From contig OZ246414.1 of assembly GCA_965231125.1 (NCBI GenBank), forward strand, positions 757,440 through 821,439: DNA of 64,000 nt, read 5' to 3'. Below the pieces are notes generated by a model. That model was not told where the DNA came from, ran no database searches, and saw only the letters and a program-made list of their open reading frames with translations. Origin of the DNA: an uncultured Gammaproteobacteria bacterium (GTDB taxonomy: Bacteria; Patescibacteriota; Microgenomatia; Woykebacterales; RBG-16-39-9b). A program made the translations under genes and the position numbers. Positions 38,277 to 47,335 of this stretch are shown here, one piece after another (within the stretch, counting starts at the first letter, position 1; each line of letters begins with the position of its first letter).

Positions 38277-38888
38277 TTACGTTGTTACCTTGTACCGCGA
38301 CCCGAAGGGTGAACGGAACCTTGGTAACGGTATTCGAACCCAGATGCGGTCTCGGAACAAGAACGCAGTTATGGCTAGTAGAACTGCCATCACAATTCCT
38401 GCTCCGAATGAGTAAATGAGAAACCCCGGGGGGCTTCCTCCACTCTTCGCCATCTGTTCACCAGCTCCAACCGACGCCTGCGTAATCGCAGAAGTCAGCG
38501 GAGGCGGTAGGACTGTAGCCGATTCGCCGGTGAGCGCTGGGTAGCGGAACAATTGATGCCGCCCGGCATCCACAGTCGAAAAAGCTTGGGTCCATGTGAC
38601 CGGCAACCAGTAGGTGTCCCCCGCGACGATGATTGGATCGCCAGACGCAGAGAAGTGGATTTGCGGATTGACCGCAACCAACTCCTCGCACCTTTGCGCG
38701 AACCCGTCGTAGAAGACCTCTTCCGCTAGTCCCCAGCAACTGTTTCCAGGCTGCGCCTGGAAGTACCAGGGACTCGGATTAACCGGTACCGTTTGGGCGG
38801 CGCTTCCTCGGGCGCCAAAGAAAATCTGGGTCGCTACAAGCAACACCAGAATTCCCACCCCGCCAATCATGTGGCGGTTTCGCCGCAT
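38277..38888 (-). CDS. hypothetical exported protein with N-terminal signal/TM and C-terminal TM anchor (G+C higher than flanks)
   Basis: 203 aa. N-terminal IGGVGILVLLVATQIFFGA. C-terminal GFLIYSFGAGIVMAVLLAITAFLF. Confidence 0.4.
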   Translation of the reverse strand: MRRNRHMIGGVGILVLLVATQIFFGARGSAAQTVPVNPSPWYFQAQPGNSCWGLAEEVFYDGFAQRCEELVAVNPQIHFSASGDPIIVAGDTYWLPVTWTQAFSTVDAGRHQLFRYPALTGESATVLPPPLTSAITQASVGAGEQMAKSGGSPPGFLIYSFGAGIVMAVLLAITAFLFRDRIWVRIPLPRFRSPFGSRYKVTT

Positions 38889-39063
38889 GTGTTACCTCCT
38901 TGATAAGCGGCCTGACGATGTGACCTTCCTCCCAAAACTGCCCACAAACTTTTGTGTTCAGATTTGGAAGGAAGAATTTTTTACCCAATGTCTTTATTAT
39001 ATCCCGCTAAAGCGTGATGTAATTCTCGTTACTCTCGAATTATAGCAGAAATTAGTCCTATAG

Positions 39064-41208
39064 TCAAGTCGTACTGGATTCTGGGGTAGCAGGCTCCGGG
39101 GTTGTGTTTTGTAGAGCTGGATTCTTCCAACTCATCCATTTACATTTGGGGTAACCACTGCAACCGTAAAACGGTCGACCGCGGCGGGTTTTGCGTAAGA
39201 CTACTGCGTCGCCGGACTCTGGACAAACTGCATCTATTTTTTCTTCAAAAGATTTTGTGAATTTATGCTCAGGAAATTTTTCGCAAGCAAGGAACTTGCC
39301 GAACCGGCCGTAGCGAATTACCAGCGGGTGTCCTTCTGGACATTTTTCATCTGTAAGCTCGGCAAAAACTTTAACTCTTTCCGCTTGTTCCTCAACCTCA
39401 TCTAAATGTTCTGAAAAAGGTTTGTAAAACTCTCGAATCGTCGGCACCCACTGCCGCTGCCCATGCGCAATTTCGTCCAACTCATCCTCCATGCCGGCGG
39501 TAAAACCGTAGTCAAGTTCCTGCGGAAAATTCTTGACCAGAAAATCGGAAACGGCCGCTCCAAGCGGCGTCGGCCGCAACTTTCTTTCTTCCCTATCAAC
39601 ATAATTTCGTTCTAAAATTGTCGAGATGATTGGTGCGTAAGTACTCGGCCGGCCAATCCCTCGCTCTTCCAAAGCTTTTATAAGAGATGCTTCCGTGTAT
39701 CTTGGTGGCGGCTCGGTGAAATGTTGGGTCGGGATCAACTTAACCAAATCTAGATCAGTATCAATCGGCAACGGTGGAACAAGTTTTTCTTCGTCACCAA
39801 CCGCCTCGCCTTCTTCCCGACCGTAAACTTTGAGCCACCCCGGAAATTTCACAATTGACCCAACCGCTCTAAAAAGATAATTTTTTTCCTTTTGACTTTT
39901 TACTTTTGCATTTATTTCCAAAGTAACTTGGTCATAAACAGCTTCTGCCATTTGCCCGGCGACAAACCTTTTCCAAACGAGACTGTATAATTTTTTATGA
40001 TCATTTGGCATTTTTAATTTGTCGCTTGAAATTGCAATGCCCGTCGGCCGGATCGCTTCGTGAGCTTCCTGAGCTAACTTTGACTTTGTTTTGTAAACTC
40101 GAGGTACCCCTGGTAAATATTCTTTTCCATAATTTTCCTGAATAAACTTGCGGGCGGAGGAAAGAGCGATTGGCGCAAGGTTAACAGAATCGGTTCGGTG
40201 ATAAGTTATCAAACCTTCCTCGTAAAGATCTTGAGCAAGCTTCATTGTCTTTTTGGTGGTAAACCCAAAATTGTTCGCGGCCGCCTGAGTCATAGTAGAA
40301 GTAGTGAAAGGCGGATAGGGATATTTTTTAACGTCTTTTTGTTCTTGATTCGTAACTTCCCACTTAGTGTCCTTTGATTCCAAATCACTAACAATTTCTT
40401 TCGATTCCTTTTCGTTCTTAACCTCAGCCTTTTTATCCGCTATCCTAACCAACTCCGCCCCAAATTCATTTGTCCCTTCTGTTCCTTTTGTCGCCTTTGT
40501 CGCGCGAAGCAAAGCTTCAATACTCCAATACTCATCTGGTTTAAACTGCTCTATCTCCCGTTCGCGTTCCACGATTAGACGAACCGCGACGGATTGTACT
40601 CGACCAGCCGAAAGCCCTTTCTTAACTTTTTTCCAGAGAAGGGGTGAAAGTTTATAGCCTACCAAACGGTCCAAAACACGGCGCGCAGTTTGGGCGTCAA
40701 CTAATTGCAAATCAACGTCTCTTGGGCTTTTGAGAGCCGCCAGAATGGCCTCTTTTGTTATTTCGTGGAAAACAATCCGTCTGAATTTTGAATTTTGAAT
40801 TTTGAATGCAGAATTTACTTCAGAAGCTTTTTCTTTCTTTTTTTCATTCTTTAGTTCGTTAGAACGCAAGCTTCGCTTAATTCCTAATTCTGAATTCTGA
40901 ATTCCGCCTGTTAAGGCGGCGATATGCCACGCAATCGCTTCCCCTTCTCTATCAGGGTCGGTCGCCAAAATAATTATTTCGGATTTTTCTGCCAAATGTT
41001 TTAGGCCTTCAACAATTTTTCTTTTATCTTTGGGGATAACGTAGTCTGGTTCAAAATTGTGATCCACATCCACACCAAGTTTGGATTTTGGCAAATCCCG
41101 CACGTGACCCATTGAAGCTTCAATTTGAAAATCCTTATCAAGAAAACGGGAAAGGGTGCGCGCTTTGGTTGGGCTTTCAACAATTACTAAATTTTTAGCC
41201 ATCGCCAT
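39064..41208 (-). CDS. topA: DNA topoisomerase I
   Basis: 714 aa. Toprim N-terminus MAMAKNLVIVESPTKARTLSRFL...ATDPDREGEAIAWH. Active-site Tyr region. C-terminal Cys4 zinc ribbons (CPEGHP...C..C and YGCSGYPKC). Confidence 0.9.
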   Translation of the reverse strand: MAMAKNLVIVESPTKARTLSRFLDKDFQIEASMGHVRDLPKSKLGVDVDHNFEPDYVIPKDKRKIVEGLKHLAEKSEIIILATDPDREGEAIAWHIAALTGGIQNSELGIKRSLRSNELKNEKKKEKASEVNSAFKIQNSKFRRIVFHEITKEAILAALKSPRDVDLQLVDAQTARRVLDRLVGYKLSPLLWKKVKKGLSAGRVQSVAVRLIVEREREIEQFKPDEYWSIEALLRATKATKGTEGTNEFGAELVRIADKKAEVKNEKESKEIVSDLESKDTKWEVTNQEQKDVKKYPYPPFTTSTMTQAAANNFGFTTKKTMKLAQDLYEEGLITYHRTDSVNLAPIALSSARKFIQENYGKEYLPGVPRVYKTKSKLAQEAHEAIRPTGIAISSDKLKMPNDHKKLYSLVWKRFVAGQMAEAVYDQVTLEINAKVKSQKEKNYLFRAVGSIVKFPGWLKVYGREEGEAVGDEEKLVPPLPIDTDLDLVKLIPTQHFTEPPPRYTEASLIKALEERGIGRPSTYAPIISTILERNYVDREERKLRPTPLGAAVSDFLVKNFPQELDYGFTAGMEDELDEIAHGQRQWVPTIREFYKPFSEHLDEVEEQAERVKVFAELTDEKCPEGHPLVIRYGRFGKFLACEKFPEHKFTKSFEEKIDAVCPESGDAVVLRKTRRGRPFYGCSGYPKCKWMSWKNPALQNTTPEPATPESSTT
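40780..40910. repeat. short tandem repeats inside topA coding sequence
   Basis: (aattttga)x3 at ~40783-40817 and (attctga)x2 at ~40881-40906. They encode a low-complexity KIQNSKFR.../IQNSELGIK insertion. Confidence 0.6.
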
Positions 41209-41244
41209 AAACTATAGCATTCCAAGTAAATAAATAAAAATTTA

Positions 41245-41270
41245 GAATGCTGCGACCACATGTGGTCTAA
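41245..41270. repeat. partial inverted copy of repeat family A
   Basis: gaatgctgcgaccacatgtggtctaa is the reverse complement of ttagaccacatgtggtcgcagcattc. Confidence 0.55.
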
Positions 41271-41320
41271 CCAAACATTGCAAATTAAAAGGCCCGCCGG
41301 AGCAGCAGCGAGCCTTCAAC

Positions 41321-41881
41321 TTAATGACCTACAACAGCTTCCCAGGCTTTATTTTGTTGCTCGATAAAGCGGTCGAGTCGGTAAAAGACTGAGCAGAGCA
41401 AGTAGGCGTAGCGACGATTTTGCACGATTTCGTTGGCAACTCGTTGGTACAATCGAGCGTAGTGCTGCATCTGACGAAATCCAGTAGGAGGCCTTGCCAG
41501 GTAACGGCCTGTCTCGCTTCGCTGAAAGGCAGCAACTGGCACGTCGGTGCTCGCCCAAGGGGGAACGCTCTCCCCCCATCTGGATAAGATTTCTCTTAGA
41601 GCTATGGAGCGTTGCCCTGTCGATGACCCCAGAAGGGCTATTTCCAACCCAGTTTCTCTTTCGTAGTCGTTGCTGGGCTGGCTTGATCGGTAGATCACCT
41701 GGAGAAGGGATTCGTTGTGGTCCGTGTCGACCATAGCGTTGTACAGTTCGATCGTTGTTCGTAGCCCTCCGTGCGGGTACAAAGTACACTGCGGTATTAC
41801 CTCGATGAGAGAGCGGATGAAAAGTTGTCCCCATGGAATCCTCTCAAACCGCTCGACCGTTAACGCTTGTTTTTTGGGCAT
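41321..41881 (-). CDS. hypothetical protein (G+C higher than flanks)
   Basis: 186 aa with no recognisable family. Lies between topA and dprA. Confidence 0.35.
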   Translation of the reverse strand: MPKKQALTVERFERIPWGQLFIRSLIEVIPQCTLYPHGGLRTTIELYNAMVDTDHNESLLQVIYRSSQPSNDYERETGLEIALLGSSTGQRSIALREILSRWGESVPPWASTDVPVAAFQRSETGRYLARPPTGFRQMQHYARLYQRVANEIVQNRRYAYLLCSVFYRLDRFIEQQNKAWEAVVGH

Positions 41882-42053
41882 TTCTCTCCTTCCAATCGCC
41901 TAGGCTTTGCCATCGGCTATGGTATTTGTTATTCCCTGCTCGGAATAAGTGAAACCATTTTAACATAGAGTCAAAACCACTTGACTAGATCTTGACTGCT
42001 TGCTAGACTACTTTGTCGTATCGGGTAGGGATCTGGAAGAACCGGGAGGGTAA

Positions 42054-42461
42054 ATGTCAGCTTCCGCAAAAAGAGTTGTTCTCGCTTGTGTCGACCCCAG
42101 AATCCTGGATGTGCTCTACAGAAAAGCCAAGGAGGGTTTGGATGGAAATAAGCTAATCTTGTTAACCGAGCCTGGGGCGGCCATTTACTTCCAAATTTGT
42201 CTACCTAGGCTGGAGATGGCGGTGAATGTTCTTGGTGCAGATGAAGTGTGGCTAGTCCAACACGAGGATTGCCAGGGCTGTATCAAGAGATACGGCGAAG
42301 AAAAGAAAGATATGCATCTTCATCACCTTAACAAAGCCGGCTTGTACATCTCCGAGAATTTCCCAAGTGTGACGAGACTGCGACTCTTTTACATGGCCCT
42401 GGTTTCGGATGACGAATGGACTTTTGAAGAAATCCGAGATCATGTACCGGCCCGGATTTAG
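42054..42461 (+). CDS. hypothetical protein with a beta-carbonic-anhydrase-like CxDxR...HxxC pattern (weak)
   Basis: 135 aa. VVLACVDPRI (CxDxR) ... HEDCQGC (HxxC). One of the few plus-strand genes. G+C higher than flanks. Confidence 0.3.
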   Translation: MSASAKRVVLACVDPRILDVLYRKAKEGLDGNKLILLTEPGAAIYFQICLPRLEMAVNVLGADEVWLVQHEDCQGCIKRYGEEKKDMHLHHLNKAGLYISENFPSVTRLRLFYMALVSDDEWTFEEIRDHVPARI

Positions 42462-42584
42462 TGACCACTACGTGGTGTTTCATACGAGACACCACGTTTT
42501 CTTTTTCCAAAAGAAAACGCCGCGTCCAAATAAAATGTCAATCGCTCCGCGCTTAGCAATTCTCACTTCGTTCGAATTGTCAAT

Positions 42585-43670
42585 CTAGCGGTTCAGGGAA
42601 AAATTTCCGGCGCCTTGCGATTTTACTTTACCTTTTATCTCCATTAAAGAAATTAGGGAACCGATTTTTGCAGTGGGAAAGCCAGAGGCTCGAGCAATCT
42701 CGTCGATATGAACTACTCCACTTTCTAAAAGATCAATGATCTTTTGTTCCTCTTCGCTGTCCCCTTTTATTTCTTTTGATTCTGAATTCTTCATTCTCAT
42801 TTCTAAATTCAGCTCCTCAAGTATGTCATTAACGTTCGTAACAAGTTTTGCTCCTTGTTTTATTAAGGAAGACGGCCCGGCGGAAAACTTGGAATAAATT
42901 GGTCCGGGCACGGCAAAAACTTCCCGGCCTTGCTCTCCCGCAAGTCCAGCGGTGATTAAGGACCCAGAATCCTCCCCTGCCTCAGTCACGAGAACTCCGA
43001 GAGATAAACCGCTGATAATACGGTTGCGGGCGGGGAAATTCCCTGGTCGCGGATCCATACCAAGAGGAAACTCACTTATGACGGCGCCATAACCGCCTTC
43101 AATTTCTTTTGCCAAAGCCTCGTTTTCACGTGGATAAACCCGATCGACACCACCCCCAAGAACCGCAATGGTTTTGCCGCTGTTCCCAACTGCCACTCGG
43201 TGCGCGTGCGAATCCACCCCCAGCGCCAGCCCAGAAACTATGGTGAAACTCGCGGCGACTAAATCGCGAACCAAAACTTCAGTCACTTCCCGACCGTAAC
43301 CGGTCATCTTCCTCGTCCCCACAACACCAATAGTTTTACCCTCTTTTGGCAACTGCCCGCGGACGTACAAAACTGGTGGAGGATCCGCAATTTCTTTCAA
43401 AAGTTTTGGGTAAGTTTCATCTTCAATTGTTACCAAACTGATTTTTTTATCAATAATTTCTTCTAGATACTTTTCGGGATTAGTGTTCTTGCGGAAATTT
43501 AAAAAGGTTTCGGCGGTCTTGGGCCCGAGAATTTTTACAAGATTTCTTTCATTTTCTTCCCAAACGGCTCGGGCACTTTTGGCAAATTTCAAAAGAATTT
43601 TAAATTTCGCTGGCCCAATCCCAGGAGCAGCCGCCAAAGCAACGTAATATGGTAAATCTGTTTTTATCAT
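42585..43670 (-). CDS. dprA: DNA processing protein DprA (Smf)
   Basis: 361 aa. Rossmann-like core GVVGTRKMTGYGREVTE...IVSGLALGVDSHAHRVA. Its C-terminal wHTH resembles that of DprA. Confidence 0.85.
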   Translation of the reverse strand: MIKTDLPYYVALAAAPGIGPAKFKILLKFAKSARAVWEENERNLVKILGPKTAETFLNFRKNTNPEKYLEEIIDKKISLVTIEDETYPKLLKEIADPPPVLYVRGQLPKEGKTIGVVGTRKMTGYGREVTEVLVRDLVAASFTIVSGLALGVDSHAHRVAVGNSGKTIAVLGGGVDRVYPRENEALAKEIEGGYGAVISEFPLGMDPRPGNFPARNRIISGLSLGVLVTEAGEDSGSLITAGLAGEQGREVFAVPGPIYSKFSAGPSSLIKQGAKLVTNVNDILEELNLEMRMKNSESKEIKGDSEEEQKIIDLLESGVVHIDEIARASGFPTAKIGSLISLMEIKGKVKSQGAGNFSLNR

Positions 43671-43888
43671 TTCAGAAAGTTAATGCATTCGGCAGTTGTA
43701 AGATATGTTTGTTTAATTATGCTGTTCAAAGTGCCTCTCTTTAGAGGTTTATTGTGGAAGGGTAAGGTGACCCTTAGTTTATCTTTTTTGTAAAGTCTAT
43801 GGCTTCCTTTTTGCCTGACAAAGCTAAAACCGGCAGAAAGTAAAACTTTTTCTGCCTCCCTTGGCTTAACTTGCGGCGTTTTGGTCAT
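43667..43888 (-). CDS. hicA: HicA-family toxin (mRNA interferase)
   Basis: 73 aa, ...LLSAGFSFVRQKGSHRLYKK.... Overlaps hicB by 4 nt. Confidence 0.7.
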   Translation of the reverse strand: MTKTPQVKPREAEKVLLSAGFSFVRQKGSHRLYKKDKLRVTLPFHNKPLKRGTLNSIIKQTYLTTAECINFLK

Positions 43889-44124
43889 GCTTCAATTTCG
43901 ATAGGAGAGACTACTACTGGCTCTTGCTCGCTGGGGATTTTCTCATTGCTTGCTCTTAAATCATCTAAGTAAAGCGTGGCGGCTTCTTTTATGTTTTTTA
44001 ATGCGTCCTCAAAAGTTTCGCCCTCAGAAATACATCCAGGCAATGCTGGTATAGAGACTGCATAACCACCATCTTCACTGGCCTCAAAGACCGCCGTATA
44101 TTTAAAAACCTTTTCATTCCTCAT
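43885..44124 (-). CDS. hicB: HicB-family antitoxin (UPF0150)
   Basis: 79 aa, ...YTAVFEASEDGGYAVSIPALPGCISEGETFEDALKNIKEA.... Confidence 0.7.
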   Translation of the reverse strand: MRNEKVFKYTAVFEASEDGGYAVSIPALPGCISEGETFEDALKNIKEAATLYLDDLRASNEKIPSEQEPVVVSPIEIEA

Positions 44125-44194
44125 GTAAGCAAAGAATATATTATTGGAAAATTTTAGTCAAGAAAATTTAGTTAGCTAATCTAACAACCTAATA

Positions 44195-45331
44195 CTACCT
44201 ATCCACCGCATCTGCACCAACATTGACAGTACCAGAGACGGTTTGTCCGGAGGTAGGGTTAGTTATGTTAACAGTTGGTGCAAGAGTATCACCAGCTGCT
44301 GGACAAGTAAATCCTGCCGCATTGAGGGCTCCACAGGCATCAAGCCTTCCCCAGCCATAAGTTGAATCCCAACCAGGTGTTCCTAGATCCACGGCACTGT
44401 TGTAGATTGCCTGGACAGCAGCAGCTGGTGAGACTCCTTTGGAAAGTAAGAGCCCCAGCACACCAGACACGAGGGAGGAAGCCGGATACGTACCTGAGAC
44501 ATAACCATAGCCTCCAAAGTTTGTCGCAGCCATAATGTTAACACCCGGCGCCGTCAGGTCAATCGCTGCGCCTCGGCCCGAGAACGAGAGAACGCTATCT
44601 GTCTGGTCGGTAGCACCGACAGCCACAACGTTGGCTAGACGGGCCGGATAGGCAACAGTGTAGTCAGCGTTGCCGGTTGGCGCCACAACAATTACGCCTT
44701 TGCTGACGGCGTAGCTGACCGCTGCCTCTAGTTCAGGCAAAGTCGTGTCATACCCCCGGGTAACGATAACATCGGCGCCATGGTCCGTCGCCCAAGTGAT
44801 GCCTTCGGCAAGGTCAGTTAGGGTACACGTATTGGTAGATTCGACACATACTGTTACCGGCATAATCTTGCAGTTCCAACAGACTCCGGCTATGCCGATG
44901 CTGTTATTAGTGGCGGCAGCAGCTACCCCCGCCACCGCGGTTCCTTGATTGTAGCCTGTGCCTCTGTCGTCGGTATCACCACCGCTGACGGTGTTGATTC
45001 CGGGTACCAGCTTCCCCGCTAGGTCCGGGTGTTCCTGATCGACCCCGGTGTTGAGGACGGCGATGACTACGTCGCTAGTACCCGTTGTGATGTCCCAGGC
45101 AGCTGGTGCCCGGATCTTGTCAAGAGCCCACTGGTACCCAGCTTGAAAGTAGGGGTCGTTCGGTGTGGTCGCGGCTCTAGAGGTTGGTTCTCGACTCTGT
45201 TGGACTAAAGTAACGGTGAAAGGGATAGATAAGAAAATGATTAGAGTACCAATAATACTCAAGAGATGTCTTTTGTCTTTTAGATTAATTTCTTCTTTTA
45301 GGTAACTCATCTGGGCAAGCACTCTCATCAA
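44195..45331 (-). CDS. subtilisin-like (S8) pseudo-protease, exported, with shared N-terminal anchor and truncated Ig-like C-terminal tail
   Basis: 378 aa with an S8 fold (VIAVLNTGVDQEHPDL...NQGTAVAGVAAAATNNSIGIAGV...SGTYPASSLVSGVLGLLLS). The catalytic Asp/His/Ser positions read N/A/Y. The N-terminus is identical to that of the gene at 52696-54177. It ends PTVNITNPTSGQTVSGTVNVGADAVDR. Confidence 0.75.
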   Translation of the reverse strand: MMRVLAQMSYLKEEINLKDKRHLLSIIGTLIIFLSIPFTVTLVQQSREPTSRAATTPNDPYFQAGYQWALDKIRAPAAWDITTGTSDVVIAVLNTGVDQEHPDLAGKLVPGINTVSGGDTDDRGTGYNQGTAVAGVAAAATNNSIGIAGVCWNCKIMPVTVCVESTNTCTLTDLAEGITWATDHGADVIVTRGYDTTLPELEAAVSYAVSKGVIVVAPTGNADYTVAYPARLANVVAVGATDQTDSVLSFSGRGAAIDLTAPGVNIMAATNFGGYGYVSGTYPASSLVSGVLGLLLSKGVSPAAAVQAIYNSAVDLGTPGWDSTYGWGRLDACGALNAAGFTCPAAGDTLAPTVNITNPTSGQTVSGTVNVGADAVDR

Positions 45332-45360
45332 GTAAATTATATACCTAGTTAATTATCCGT
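45126..45360. repeat. 235-bp exact duplication, copy 1 (3' tail of metzincin gene + 17-nt spacer + first ~68 codons of S8 gene)
   Basis: Identical by eye to 53972-54206. Confidence 0.85.
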
Positions 45361-47334
45361 CGCACTAACCCCCACGTTAACTGTCCCCGAAACGGTTTGG
45401 TTGTTGGTTGGATTAGTGATGTTAACTGTGGGAGGAACGGTATCTCCACCCGATGCGAGGACTCCATAGCTAATCGTTTTTGAGCTAAAACTATTTGAGT
45501 TGGAGCCGTTCGTCGCGGTCACAATTGCGTCGTAAATATTACCGACGATGGCGCTGGCCGGTGAAGTGAGCGCCAGGGTTGAAGTGCTGGTTGCTCCCGG
45601 AGCCAATGAAAGTAGTATATTGGGCGTGAAACTAGCCGTAAAACCGATTTGCAGCAGATAATATAACGAGAAGGTTGAAGAGCCGCACTCGGGGCTATCA
45701 TTATTAGTAACCGTCACGGAATAGTTTAAAGTTGATCCGGCTTCACCCCAGGCAATTGTCGGCGAGACTACCATTGTTGGAGGCACTCTAGAGCAACCGA
45801 CGACCGTGGGGATTTGGATATCAAGACTAACTTGGCTGGCGCTGATCGAGGCAATTTGGACTGTGATTCCTTTGTCGCTATCCTCAAAGACGCTGCCGAC
45901 TTTTAATTGCGCATCTGGAAATTTGGTCGATGGTGAGGCGTCAATTAACTGAGTGTCTCCGCCACTAGCAGATTTTGGAGCGTAGTGGATCAAAACGCCG
46001 GACAGCTCGGGTCGGTACTCAAAATAAAGCCAGTTAATGATGTTACCGCCAGCGGTTTTGTCGCGCGGAATCTTGATGATTTTTGGACCACTCGACCCGT
46101 AATAATCACTGAGCGTATAAGTACCGCTTGAGCCGACCTGAAGGCTATCACCAGAAACAAAAAAGAACATTTTTTCTTTGTGATAAGCATTGTGTTGGTT
46201 ATTGCTACCTCCCATAATTGAGTACCAATCACCATATTCATCTGAAGTACAGCCACTAGTTTTGATGCTGACCCCGCTGCAGTCATAGTAATTGGCGTGT
46301 AAAGCTCCAAAATTGTGCCCGAGTTCATGACCGACAATGTGTAAACTAAAGTTGGTCGCGCCATTTATCCAAGAAGTACCGCCGCCTTGAACACTACTAA
46401 GAGTCGCCAACCCACTAAAACCACAGTCGCTCATATAAGGAAAAACTACCATTAATTTTCGATAGGCAGCCAAGTTTTCACCCGCGGCGGTAGCCGCTTG
46501 AGTGGCTAGAGAGTAAATTTGCGAAGTATTACAGGTTGCAGGCAGGTTGACAGTGTAACCGGCTGCTTTGCCAGAAAAGCGCATCTTGCCGTAGGAGTTA
46601 TCTTGATAAAAAGTGCTGACCTGGGAAAAAACAACCGATTGAGCACTAGCTACGCTAACAGTATTATTTAAAACCATCACCAAAATTGTTTGATCCAGTA
46701 CCCCCAAGACTGCGCCTTTTACCTGATCCTCCCCAGAGACTTTTTCGACCGCAACCTCTTGACCAATTTTAATACCGGAAACTTTTACCTCTTCGTTGGC
46801 CAAACTAATGAGGGCATCAACATTCTCCTGAGATGGGTAAAGGTTGAATCCAGTTCCGTTAGATTTTAATTTGTAGTAAAATCCTCCCTTTTTTCTCTCA
46901 AAATCATCCCAGTGGGAAACTCCCAGGTTTCCCTCTAGAGTAACCTGCTCTTCGGTATTGACTTGAATTTCAGAGGGTAAAATCCCCTTGGCTTTCTGAT
47001 CAAAGGCAACTCTTACTGCCAGGTCAGGATCTTTTTTAATTAAAGTGGCCATCTTCTCTTTTCTTTGCTCGGAAAGATCAACCATCTTTGCTAGCACTTG
47101 AGGTTTCCGATTGCTAGAAGATTCTCGGTATTTTGAATTTTCTTGAACGAGCTGCCTCGTTAATTGTAAAAGCAGTTCCTTGTCCGAAAGTATCGCAGCT
47201 CTACCGCTGGGTTCTCTTGAGCTCAAGGTCAAGACGACGGTGATTGGTATCGAAAGAAAGATAAAGAAAGTGGCCGCAAGGACAAGCAGATGTTTTTTAT
47301 TTTTTAAATCAACCGGTTCTTTTAGATGATTCAT
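45349..47334 (-). CDS. exported metzincin-type zinc metalloprotease with beta-sandwich (CARDB-like) domain and truncated Ig-like C-terminal tail
   Basis: 661 aa. The HEXXHXXGXXH motif HIVGHELGHNFGALHAN is intact. The N-terminal anchor KKHLLVLAATFFIFLSIPITVVLTLSSREPSGRAA belongs to the shared family. It ends PTVNITNPTNNQTVSGTVNVGVSATDN. Confidence 0.65.
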   Translation of the reverse strand: MNHLKEPVDLKNKKHLLVLAATFFIFLSIPITVVLTLSSREPSGRAAILSDKELLLQLTRQLVQENSKYRESSSNRKPQVLAKMVDLSEQRKEKMATLIKKDPDLAVRVAFDQKAKGILPSEIQVNTEEQVTLEGNLGVSHWDDFERKKGGFYYKLKSNGTGFNLYPSQENVDALISLANEEVKVSGIKIGQEVAVEKVSGEDQVKGAVLGVLDQTILVMVLNNTVSVASAQSVVFSQVSTFYQDNSYGKMRFSGKAAGYTVNLPATCNTSQIYSLATQAATAAGENLAAYRKLMVVFPYMSDCGFSGLATLSSVQGGGTSWINGATNFSLHIVGHELGHNFGALHANYYDCSGVSIKTSGCTSDEYGDWYSIMGGSNNQHNAYHKEKMFFFVSGDSLQVGSSGTYTLSDYYGSSGPKIIKIPRDKTAGGNIINWLYFEYRPELSGVLIHYAPKSASGGDTQLIDASPSTKFPDAQLKVGSVFEDSDKGITVQIASISASQVSLDIQIPTVVGCSRVPPTMVVSPTIAWGEAGSTLNYSVTVTNNDSPECGSSTFSLYYLLQIGFTASFTPNILLSLAPGATSTSTLALTSPASAIVGNIYDAIVTATNGSNSNSFSSKTISYGVLASGGDTVPPTVNITNPTNNQTVSGTVNVGVSATDN

Positions 47335-47335
47335 A

